Of a DNA stretch of 32,000 bases, positions 7,512-17,400 are shown piece by piece (positions within the stretch are counted from its first letter, which is position 1; every line of letters begins with the position of its first letter). Both the position numbers and the translations under genes were made by a program. The notes beneath the pieces were generated by a model, which was not told where the DNA came from, did no database searches, and saw only the letters and a program-made list of their open reading frames with translations. This DNA comes from Okeania sp. (GTDB lineage Bacteria > Cyanobacteriota > Cyanobacteriia > Cyanobacteriales > Microcoleaceae), in the NCBI RefSeq assembly GCF_035285525.1, contig NZ_JAYKGW010000179.1, positions 13,426-45,425 on the forward strand, given 5' to 3'.

Positions 7512-9032
7512 TTACTTCTTCCTTCCAAATACTATTACATCATTTTCTTGATAATTCAATTTCCATTCTTGATTATTTTGAAGACTTTTAAACAGAATAA
7601 TACCCTCCTTTTCAGTATCCGGCCAAGGATGACGTAAATTTAAAACTACATAATCAAATTCATCTAAATTATCTGGTTCTGTTTGATTTAATAACTTCAC
7701 AATTGAACGATGAGTAAAATGAGGAGCCAATCTATTATCTGTTAGTACCCCGCCTTTAGTTTTGACATAACTAATTGCCTTATTTGTAGCTTGCCAAGTA
7801 TCTAAACTACTCACAGGAGAAAATAAACTTCCGAAATTTCCAACTAAGAGAAATATTAAAGTAGACCACAAAATAATTATGGGGGGATATTGAAAATTTG
7901 GTATTGGTAATCTCAGATTAAATTTGGGAATTTCTAACTTACTTATCCAAGTTGATTCTATCTGAATATTTTCATTTTCTTCCTTCTTCCTTCTTTCTTT
8001 TGAAGAAGCTGGTGCTAAACAGGAAATTACTACTAATAATAAAAAACTAATCGCAGGCAAAGAATACTGATAATTTAAACTTCTCTGAAATGATATTTCC
8101 GAGAGAACATTGATTATAATTGTCGGAATAGTTGGAATTAGGGGGATAAAATTAGGTAAGATAGTTTTATTTGTTTGTCTTAGTGGAAATATCACCCAAA
8201 TTATAGGTAAAAATAATAGAAAAATATATTTGATATTTTCCCAAGAAAATACTTTGCCTAAAACTATTCCTGGCTGTAGTAAAACATTAATTATAATTTC
8301 TACAACCGAATTTCCCAGATAACTATAACGAGCAACTCCAGCTACTTCTTGACCACTGAAAAAAGGAATAATTCCTTGAGTCACAACTATAAACCAAACC
8401 ATACCTAAAAAAAGAGCAATTAAACCACAAAACTTACGCTTTTCAAAAGTTAGTAACCACAAACCCATAAAAGCTACAGTTAATGATAAAACAGCTTTAC
8501 AACCTAACACCCAAATAATAGCAACACAAAACCAAAAAATACGTTTTAGTCTAGCTGCTAAAATTGCTCCCAAAATAGCAGGCAAAGCCATGACTTCTGC
8601 GTGAAAATCAAATAAATTAACATTAAAAATTACCGGGTATAAAAGATAAGAAATGGCGATCGCTACTGCTTGTCCTTGACTTAATCCCGCTAGTCTAGCT
8701 AAACACCAAGTAGGCCAACTTCCCAAAGCTAAACATAAAGCTTGTAGAAAAAGTAGCCAATGAACATCAGGATAAATGATATAGAATAATCCGAGAGGAT
8801 AGGCAGCCCAGGCTGCATGATCTCCCAAATAGTGATGCCCCAAAAAAGAAGAAATGGGAGATTTTCCTTGACTAATTAAATATATAGCTTGGTCATAAAT
8901 ACCCAAGTCAAATCCAGTAGAATAAAACAAGAAGTGACGTAAACTGCTACATACAAAAAAAGTTAAAGTTGCTACAATTATTAACTTACTCACAATAAGT
9001 GGTGGCAAAAGTATCATATTTTTAAGTCCCAC
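7512..9032 (-). CDS. DUF2079-family polytopic membrane protein (GT-C-like), paralogue 2
   Basis: 506-codon ORF containing GIYDQAIYLISQG ... NLFDFHAEVMALPAILG. The start is GTG 9032 or ATG 9017. Confidence 0.8.
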   Translation of the reverse strand: MGLKNMILLPPLIVSKLIIVATLTFFVCSSLRHFLFYSTGFDLGIYDQAIYLISQGKSPISSFLGHHYLGDHAAWAAYPLGLFYIIYPDVHWLLFLQALCLALGSWPTWCLARLAGLSQGQAVAIAISYLLYPVIFNVNLFDFHAEVMALPAILGAILAARLKRIFWFCVAIIWVLGCKAVLSLTVAFMGLWLLTFEKRKFCGLIALFLGMVWFIVVTQGIIPFFSGQEVAGVARYSYLGNSVVEIIINVLLQPGIVLGKVFSWENIKYIFLLFLPIIWVIFPLRQTNKTILPNFIPLIPTIPTIIINVLSEISFQRSLNYQYSLPAISFLLLVVISCLAPASSKERRKKEENENIQIESTWISKLEIPKFNLRLPIPNFQYPPIIILWSTLIFLLVGNFGSLFSPVSSLDTWQATNKAISYVKTKGGVLTDNRLAPHFTHRSIVKLLNQTEPDNLDEFDYVVLNLRHPWPDTEKEGIILFKSLQNNQEWKLNYQENDVIVFGRKK

Positions 9033-9071
9033 ATTCCCAAGTCAATGCTGACTAACGCCTATATGATATCA

Positions 9072-9159
9072 TGACTTACGCAGTGACAATAATTGTAGTC
9101 ACAATATCCAGAATAATTCCGGAATTATACACCATATATAGAAGTCCTCAGTGAGTCCT
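9072..9159. mobile_element. MITE-like element of the AGGACTTACGCA family, with a central 16-bp perfect palindrome
   Basis: Left end is tgacttacgcagtgac. Right end is tcagtgagtcct (reverse complement aggactcactga). ATAATTCCGGAATTAT lies at 9113..9128. The element sits between the DUF6625-like stop and the DUF2079-2 start. Confidence 0.5.
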
Positions 9160-9175
9160 GATATTTTGTCTGTGC

Positions 9176-10036
9176 TTATAGGGCGCGAATGCCTTGGTTT
9201 GTAATCTCTAATACCCTATTGTCTTGAAATGGTTCAATTAAAAACCCCTTGCGGTTCTTAGACTTAATCAAGTGCAATGAGCCAACTTCCTGTTGGGTGA
9301 GGCAATCTGTTAAACAGCCCTTTTCCCAATGATATCGCCAGTTTCGGCTTTGATTCATACCACCGCAATCATTATGAACTAAACTCATCAGATTGCGAAT
9401 TTTGATTGACTCCTGTTCCACAATTTGTCTAAGGGCCATAATCCCTTTCACCCCGCACTCGTCAAATCTATAATTCTGGGCAGAGCGAAAAATTTCTAAG
9501 TGGTTTGGGTTTTTCTTGAATAACAAGTTCATTGTTTCGGTATTTCGATACAAAGTCATATAGCCAGGGTTCCCCTGGGATGAACTCACCATGTCATATC
9601 CATCCAAATTTTCAGGAGTCAAAAAGGAGCCTAAATTCCCGATGACCATATCAATATCGCAATACCCCCAAAAGTCATATACTTTTAAGTAATCAGAAAA
9701 AACAAATCCATAGGTTGGCTTCAAATCACAGAGTTTATAGGGCTTAAAATTCTCAAATTTCAGACCTAATTTTTGCTCAAATAGTTGCACTAATCTAGAC
9801 AACTCCATGCCATGAAAGGTGACGTCACAGGTTTGATATTTTGCATACTTGTCCTTGTAAGAGATATTCGTCAGAATTTTGAGGTCAATTAAGGTGTTTT
9901 GCCTAAAAGTTCCGATGAAATGTTCAAAGTAGCGAGGAAACTGGCGAGGATTGAAGACTTTTCTCAGCTTTCGATTTCGGATGAGAGACAGTCGGGTTTC
10001 TGAAAAGAAGGGAATGATTAAACAGATAGAGGCCAT
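9176..10036 (-). CDS. DUF6625-like putative glycosyltransferase
   Basis: 286-codon ORF. It has an IIPFF start and a YKLCDLKPTYGFVFSDYLKVYDFWGYCDIDMVIGNL block (DxD-type CDID), as I recall for DUF6625. About 15 extra residues (TRLSLIRNRKLRKVFNPRQ) interrupt the usual N-terminal PYFG..P.YF motif. Confidence 0.6.
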   Translation of the reverse strand: MASICLIIPFFSETRLSLIRNRKLRKVFNPRQFPRYFEHFIGTFRQNTLIDLKILTNISYKDKYAKYQTCDVTFHGMELSRLVQLFEQKLGLKFENFKPYKLCDLKPTYGFVFSDYLKVYDFWGYCDIDMVIGNLGSFLTPENLDGYDMVSSSQGNPGYMTLYRNTETMNLLFKKNPNHLEIFRSAQNYRFDECGVKGIMALRQIVEQESIKIRNLMSLVHNDCGGMNQSRNWRYHWEKGCLTDCLTQQEVGSLHLIKSKNRKGFLIEPFQDNRVLEITNQGIRAL

Positions 10037-10271
10037 AGGAAATATAATAAAGTCGATATTTTTTGAGCAAAGTTTTTTTCACTAACTTGATTGCTAAATC
10101 ACGTTTTTTGACAAATTCTTTATCTTCCTTCACCTTTGGTAAAGATGTTGATTTATTACAGCAATCAATCCGATCCCTGGGAGTCAGTTGGATGGTGGTA
10201 GATTATTTATTATGAACTAAAGTTTACCACATAAAGCATTAAATCATGGTAATAAAAACCGTTTCGGTTTC

Positions 10272-11132
10272 TTAGTTGGGATTTTCCACAAAACTACAAT
10301 ATTTAGAAAGTATTGAAACACAATTTTCAAACCCCTTCATGCCTTCTGCGATTGATTTTGGAGTTATTTTTTGTTTTAATTTTCTAGGATTTCTGTCAAT
10401 AATACCTTTGTTGATTTTCCCTTTAGAATCACCTATTCCGGGTATTCCTGTTTTATTTGTTACTTCGTATTCTTCTGAAAATTCTGATTGTGTTCCCAGA
10501 AATTTTTTGAAAGCATCAAAAACAATATCTGTCTGATTGAGCAGTTGATTATGGGTAATTACTAAACTGCGTTCTTTGCTATTGATTAACTTTCCATATC
10601 TTTCTAAAGTTGATAAGCGTTCTAAATAGTAATTTAATGCTTTTTCTTCACTCCAGTGTGGCTTTAGGTCGAGAAGACTAGCTATTGTTCTCTCTGGCTC
10701 TCTAAGGAGAAATATACTATATAAATTTTCCGAATTTAATAAATTTTCATCTAAAAAAAGATGATTGTGTAAAGTTTTATCGAGAATATATTTATGATTC
10801 ATTCTCAACTTTTTTAATTCTGGAAAACTGCGAATATTTTGGGTTTTACGATACACTTTAAATACTAATTTATTCAAATCAAATTCATTAGTATATTGAA
10901 TGTGAGTTTCGCCATATCCTAAAATTTCCTTATGAGAACTTAATATATTAGTTAGTAATGAAGAACCAGAACGCATGTGACTGAGAATAAAGATGAACTT
11001 GTATGGTTCCGGTCTAAACATCACTCGGTATGGGTCTTTGACTTGATTAATTCTCAAGTCATAATATTTACGAACTATATCATTTTTAATAATTCGGATA
11101 GATTGACGTGTTTCCTTGATGAAATTCTTCAT
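10272..11132 (-). CDS. Sulfotransferase family protein
   Basis: 286-codon ORF with a PAPS 5'-phosphosulfate-binding-type loop (FILSHMRSGSSLL) and a 3'-phosphate-binding-type motif (LLREPERTIAS). Confidence 0.8.
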   Translation of the reverse strand: MKNFIKETRQSIRIIKNDIVRKYYDLRINQVKDPYRVMFRPEPYKFIFILSHMRSGSSLLTNILSSHKEILGYGETHIQYTNEFDLNKLVFKVYRKTQNIRSFPELKKLRMNHKYILDKTLHNHLFLDENLLNSENLYSIFLLREPERTIASLLDLKPHWSEEKALNYYLERLSTLERYGKLINSKERSLVITHNQLLNQTDIVFDAFKKFLGTQSEFSEEYEVTNKTGIPGIGDSKGKINKGIIDRNPRKLKQKITPKSIAEGMKGFENCVSILSKYCSFVENPN

Positions 11133-11845
11133 ATTTCACAGAAATTCTTTTTTTTTCAATCATAGCTCATTTATGAAATAAAAGCAATATTTACTCATTT
11201 CTTAACATTATAAATTACATTATTTTTCCAATCTTATGACTTCAGATGAACTTAAACAAAAGTATAAAAAAATGTAGACCCAGAGACTCAATAAAGTGGC
11301 ATTTATTGTGGGAAAATAATTATACCTATTCCCATGCTTATGAGGTAAAAATTTCCTGGTTTTAGGGAGCAGGAAATAGGGAATAGGGAATAGGATAAAA
11401 ATCAAAATAGATGTACCTTATGACTATAGTAAACGCTATATACATCTCGAATAATAAAAAATAAAATCAATTACCCCACTCTTATTCACCAATTCTTTAT
11501 CCTTGCTTCCGGCTCATTAATACTTCTTTTCTAGAAATGTTTATTATACCTGAACTTTCCCTCTAATAAAAAGCTAGTATGGGACTATCCACAGGTAGTT
11601 AAAGGTAATTTTTTAACTACCCGTTACTGAGTAAAATAGCTCTGAGGCTTTACCACTTCATTATTCTGAGCAACTTTATCTATAGTATTATATTAGCTCT
11701 GCAATCTAATCCAGAAATTATCAATTATTTCTTCCTGTTCCCTGTCCCCTACCTCAACTAGGAAATTTATTTGGCACGACTACTTATAATCAGTAAATCA
11801 TTGCATTATATAAGTAAGTTGGTATGAAAAAAACTAAGTATTTCA

Positions 11846-11968
11846 ATAATGGATAATTGATAATTACCTCTCCCTAAAAACGGATAGGATTGAATAAAAG
11901 GAAAAAATTTATTTTTTTTCCCTTAAAAAAGGAGGCTTCAAGGCGCTAATTATTTAATTATTAATTCT
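11846..11968 (-). mobile_element. MITE/SDR-like element, short variant (reverse orientation)
   Basis: Its reverse complement equals the left and right parts of 6232..6487 joined directly, without the ~110-bp internal module. Confidence 0.65.
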
Positions 11969-12012
11969 TTGGGAACAAAAAGTAAAGTAGCTCTGAAACC
12001 TATTCCATTCTT

Positions 12013-12040
12013 ACTTCTCCCCTCTGCCTTCTGCCTTCAT
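12013..12040. repeat. Heptamer (STRR-like) array based on CCTTCTG
   Basis: acttctc ccctctg ccttctg ccttcat. The same heptamer forms arrays at 18414..18434 and 25511..25552. Confidence 0.7.
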
Positions 12041-12771
12041 GTAACGATAAATTTTAACGCCTACCTACTTAGTTTATAGCCAAATTTAGCTAGGTAATCT
12101 TCTAGGGGGAAAGGAGTAAGTAAGGCTGACAAGTAGTTACCCCTCCCAAGATATTTGCAATTCCCTTTATCAAAGTGGATTTTCTATAAAAAGACAAAAA
12201 TATGATTTTACCTCACAAACTTGAAAAGCGCTATACATTTTCTTGTACTTTACGATAACTTCATATTAATCATAATATTCTATTTTCACTCGATATAAAT
12301 GACTAAGTAACATTTTTGACTTTTTTGTTTTTATCAGTATAATTTTGGTTTCAAACCTATATTAATATAAATATAGTAATCTAATTTTCATCCTATCCAA
12401 AATTCCGTTACTTTCAGCGAATAAGGAACAGAGAAAAGGAAATAGATAAAAGTTTCGGGGGTTTTGATTTACTCCTTGATTTGTTACAACCAATTTAGGA
12501 TGGTTATATAACTTCAGTATATTAAATTTGTTAGGTATAAAATAATCATAGACTTAGATAAAATATTTCTGGATAAACACTATTGAAGTGAGTTATATCA
12601 TCTCCAGTTGAATAGTCCCACTTTCCAGGAAGGAAGGCACTTATGCCAAAGGCAGAAGCCATAAAGAAAAGAAAGGTTCAAAGGAAAAAGGTTTTTTTCA
12701 CTGATTATCCGGATATGATATTAAATTCCAGAAAAGTTTTGTAAAGATTCAGTAAATTTATAGACAAATGC

Positions 12772-12801
12772 TTGTCATTCTTAAGTAAGAATGGCTATAG
12801 T
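12772..12801 (+). promoter_or_regulatory. Sigma70-like promoter candidate with a palindrome in the spacer (copy 1)
   Basis: TTGTCA (12772..12777), an 18-nt spacer, then TATAGT (12796..12801). The perfect palindrome CATTCTTA-AG-TAAGAATG at 12776..12793 overlaps the spacer. Confidence 0.3.
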
Positions 12802-13063
12802 GTATTTGTCAGGGAAAAAAAGTTCACTAACTATTCAAAATAGAGAGAAGAACTTCAAAGTTTATATCTACACAAATATTTCAAGAAACTAATCATTATC
12901 TTCAATAGTTTCAAAATGTTCATTTACTAGGACGTGTCATCTATCAAAAACCATAATCTTTCTTCTGGTTGTAGTTATAGTGAGTAAGGTGGGAGAAATT
13001 CCAATATTATTCCCTATATTTATTCAGAATTTTCAAAGATTCAGTAAATTTCTAGATAAATGG

Positions 13064-13093
13064 TTGTCATTCTTAAATAAGAATAGCTATAGT
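13064..13093 (+). promoter_or_regulatory. Sigma70-like promoter candidate with a palindrome in the spacer (copy 2)
   Basis: TTGTCA (13064..13069), an 18-nt spacer, then TATAGT (13088..13093). The palindrome is retained at 7 of 8 arm positions. Confidence 0.3.
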
Positions 13094-13465
13094 GTATTTA
13101 TCAGGAAAAAAAAGTTCACTAACTATTCAAAATAGAGAGAAGAACTTCAAAGTTTATATCTACAAAAATATTTCAATAAACTAATCATTGGTACTGGTGC
13201 TGCTACTTTAAATAGTTCTATAAATATTATCTAAGCATTCAACTATTAGCATTCAGCTCTCAGCAATAAGACTTCAATAAATGTAGTAATATTTAATTGG
13301 AGATACTTCAATATCCACTCTTAAAAATGTGGTTCAAAGAAAGCTTTTATCGTGCAACCAAAAGCAATAAATAGCTAATAGCTAATAGTTGAATTGCCCA
13401 GTTCGACCAAGGAAGCTAGCTGACGGCTGTTTGTCCAGTATTCCGTAGGAAATTATTACAATATC

Positions 13466-13666
13466 AGGACTTACCCATGAACCTTATTATTAGGGTGCGT
13501 TGTTGCGCTTCGTATAACTCCGTTAACGGCGCTTGAGCCGACATGGAAACGCAGCATTCCCTATACGAAAACGCTGCGCGACATGGAAAGCGGAGCATTC
13601 CCTATACGAAAAAGCCTATCTTGTAACGCACCGATACCCTATATATAGTCCCTTTGCGTAAGTCCT
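13466..13666. mobile_element. MITE-like element of the AGGACTTACGCA family with an internal ~40-bp tandem duplication
   Basis: Ends are aggacttaccca ... tgcgtaagtcct. Internally, cgacatggaaacgcagcattccctatacgaaaa is followed by cgacatggaaagcggagcattccctatacgaaaa. It lies inside the 613-bp insertion that splits the tandem duplication. Confidence 0.65.
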
Positions 13667-13802
13667 AAATATTATACTAAATCCGGTTTAGAAAAGCTGA
13701 TAAAAATTACTCATAAACTAGCCAATGATAATTAGTTAATTTTTTGACTTCTGAAGTCATTTTTTTTAATACATGACAACAATATACTAAAACTTCTTCT
13801 AT

Positions 13803-13944
13803 ATCTTCAAAGAGTTTCAAAATCTTCATTGACTAGGGCATGTTATCTATCAAATACCATAATCTTGGTGCTGGTTGTATTTCTAGTGAGTACGGTGGGA
13901 GAAATTCCACTATTATTCCTTATATTTATTGATAATTTTCAAAG
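13803..13944 (+). repeat. Module B2, the displaced second half of the second tandem unit
   Basis: Aligns to B1 (12898..13038) at roughly 80% identity by eye. It is separated from A2 by 13190..13802. Confidence 0.8.
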
Positions 13945-14436
13945 GATATTGATAGTTTAATCCCACAGCGAAACGCTGTATTTTTAATTATTCATCCTCA
14001 AGAAATTTTCCACAATAGATACCATCACGAGTATTTCTACAGGGTCTCTACAAGTTCTATATTTTTCCTTCACCCTCTAAACTCAAATGAGAGGCTAAAT
14101 AGACTTTTTTTAAGGATTTATAGTTTTAATTTTGTATTCAGTCTGGAGGAAGGTAAAAAGTAAGCTGAAAAACTTTTGGAATAAGCTTTTCAGTCAACCT
14201 CTATCTAGCAAAAATTAGACGTCAGGATGGGCTATTTAAGGTACTAACTGACTAGATGCCTGAATACCCTAATTTATCCTTAATATTCCCAATATGAAGG
14301 CTAATTGAAGATAGTATCTATCAGAAGAATGTTGTCTAAAACCATTGTTAAGTAAGACTTACAGGCAGTCTCCCCCCAGATATTCAGTTTATTATAACCG
14401 GATTTGGTAGAAGTCCAATTTAGGGAAATAATTTTG

Positions 14437-17400
14437 ATGACTAAAAGCCTTTCGCGAATCATACAATTTCTTAAATTAGTGTTAGTTGCCTTCCTCATGG
14501 CACTACTTGTAAATATGGGTATTTCAGTGGCTCATCGTCCCCATGATGTTGTCACACATATTGAACTATCACCAAATTATCAACAAGACCAGACAGTATT
14601 AATTGTTGTTAGAAATAACCTGTATCGTTCATCTGATGGAGGTATTTCATGGCAGCGCATTACTCAGGGTTTAGATTATTCTAGTTTCTCCATTACAGAT
14701 TTGGAGTTCAGTCGGCAAAATGATGGTTTAGCATTTCTAGGAACAGAAGGAGACGGTATCTATCGCTCATCAGATAAAGGACTTACCTGGCAAAATACCA
14801 GCGAAGGTTTAGATGAACTTGTTATAGACTACATAAGTGTTTCACCAACTTCATCAAAAATTGTTCTAGCAAGTATATCCGATAGACTCTACTTAACTCA
14901 AAATTCTGGGGATAGTTGGCAACAGGTCTTCCAAAGTAAAAATCCTATTCAAGCTTTAGGTTTTTCTAATGATGGCAAATTAGTTATTGCTGCCAATACA
15001 AACGAACTCTTGGTTTCTCGCGACAGTGGAAAAACTTGGCAAGAACGCGAGCGCACTGCATCTGGTCTCCCACTAGATACTCCAATTGTTGCTATTGAGT
15101 CTATGGTCGGTCAAACAGTCGGTTCAATGTGGTTGGCGACTGAAACCCAAGGTATTTTTCAAACCACTGACCAAGGCAAAACCTGGACAAAACAGGCAAA
15201 TCCGATCGCCAATGAAATTGTTCAAGATCTCAAAATTATTCCAAGCTCCCAAAATGAACCACAACTGTTTGTTTCCACAGCAAATACTGGATTATTTTAC
15301 TTGGATGGTCAAGAATGGCAGCCAAGAACTCAGGGACTCAAAACTGATGTCCAAGCCCAACAAATGAAGCAACCTAATTTTACCCAGCTAGAGTTTTCTC
15401 CAGATGGCAGCGTGACTTTCCTCGCAGGTTTTGATGGTCTGTTCAAATCTGAAGATCGGGGGCAAAAATGGCAAGACTTAGAAACCATACTTAGGAGTAC
15501 GGTTGTGGCAATGGCAGTTTCTAATGATTCAACCTTAGCAACTGTGGACTACGTTGGCAACATTAATCTCAGCAAGGATGGTGGTAAAACTTGGAAAATT
15601 GCTCAAAAAGGTCTCCAACTACCTTGGTTTACTGGGAACTTTGAATCAGTAGAACCAAACTACGATCCTCGTCGCTACTTTGATGTTGCTTTTTCTCCAA
15701 ACTACGACCAAGATCAAACACTATGGGCATCACTACTCTGGACAAAAGTCGCAACCAGTCAGGATGGGGGTATTTCCTGGTTAGTTAGTTCCATGCCCAA
15801 AGAAGAACGTGGACTCACCATAGGTGTTTCTCCAGACTTCTCAAACGACAAGAATGTTTACACCCTAGCTCAAAGTGGTAATATCTATCAGTCTCAAAAT
15901 GGAGGTCAAGACTTTAAAAAAGTTGGAGAAGTTCCTTCTCTTCGAGGCAACTATGGTCCATCTATTGTCCTATCCCCTAATTTTGCCAGTGATCGCACTA
16001 TCTATGTAACTGGAAACAAGGGGATTTATCAAAGTACCGATGGTGGCAAAAACTGGGAAGCTATCACCGAAAATATAGCCTTAGCGCAAGCAGGAAAGAT
16101 GCAGATAGTAATTTCTCCAGGCTTTGCACAGGATAAAACATTATTTGTTAGTACCAGGGATCAAGGTCTTTTTAAATCACAGGATGGAGGAAAAACTTGG
16201 AACCAGCAATTCACTATACCTGGAATAGATACGAACTCACCTGCTTTGGAAGCTATTGCTATTTCACCAAATTATGATAACGATCAAACACTTGTTGTCA
16301 GTGTGCAAGGTTTTGGGTTATACAAAAGTGAAAATGGAGGGCAGTCATTCAAACAAATTACAGATGCTTCATTACCAGCATCCAGAATCAGCACCGTTCC
16401 TTCATCAGGAAAGCCCATTGTTTTTTCACCAAACTACATTAACGACAGGACTATCTACAGCTTTGGTTCAGCAATTTCGGAAATATTTGAATTAACAAAC
16501 GATGGCAAGAGCCACGAAAACTTAGCCATTCAGAATTATGAATCAATGGGAGAAGCAGATTTTCTCAGCAATTTTCGGGTAGTTTTATATGTCTATCAAA
16601 GTTTATTGAAAAAAGTTGTAGTTCTGTTAGTGGCGATCGTGGGAGGGATAGTTATCTACCGAAAGTTAATCAGAACAAACATTCTATCTTTCCATCAACC
16701 TCAAGTTCATCAGTATCAGCAACGTGAACCCTCTATCCAGATGAGTTGGAAAGTTTTGATCGTTGCGATCCTGGTATTGCGCATCTTGTTTTCTTTCGCC
16801 AACTTAGATCAAAAGCCTTACAATGCTGATGAAGTTAGAGGCTTTTATCGAATCGCAGGTTATAACCGAGATCAAATTGTTGAAGAAGTTTTTAATGGAA
16901 AGATTATTAGTGCAGAAAAAATTCTCACCTATCAAGTTCCAACATCTGCTAAAGGTTTACCAGACACTATGTCCGCACTAGCAGGTAACTCAGAACACAC
17001 ACCTCTCTACTACCTCCTATCTCGTTTTGTAATATCAACCTTCAAAACTCCTTTTGCTGCCAGAGTTTTATCTGTAATCCTTGGATTTGCTTGTTTGCCT
17101 GCTGTTTATTGGCTTTGCTATGAGCTTTTCGGTTCGCGATCAGTAGGGTGGATGGCAGTTGGACTAATTAGTGTTTCACCTTATCAAATTCTACTATCTC
17201 AAGCTTCCCGTCAGTATAGTCTTTTTGGACTTGCTACTTTAATCTGTACTATAGCACTTCTGCGTGCTATGAGGAAAAATGATAAACTAAGTTGGGTAAT
17301 TTGCACACTGACTTTCATCGTCGGTCTCTATTCACACCTGTTTTTTGTATTTGTTGCTTTTGGTTACTGCTTGTATCTACTTTCCCTTGGCCTCAAGGAA

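Larger units (their letters stand above)
12743..13189 (+). repeat. 292-bp tandem duplication (modules A1-B1-A2)
   Basis: A1 12743..12897 versus A2 13035..13189 show 9 mismatches or indels over about 155 nt. B1 is 12898..13038. A partial B-like tail precedes A1. Confidence 0.85.

Noticed and set aside
12791-12892. 33-codon ORF (MAIVYLSGKKSSLTIQNREKNF...) inside tandem module A1
   Set aside because: In the 94%-identical module A2 the ATG is ATA and an extra A shifts the frame, so the duplicated unit is not conserved as coding sequence.
12743-13944. Possible CRISPR array suggested by the direct repeats
   Set aside because: The repeat unit is 292 bp with no short (25-40 bp) repeats alternating with unique spacers, and no cas genes are in the window.
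14404-14436. TTG 14404 as the start of the BNR::GT-C ORF
   Set aside because: The 11 extra codons precede an ATG (14437) that opens a typical signal-anchor sequence, so the ATG is preferred. This remains unverified.
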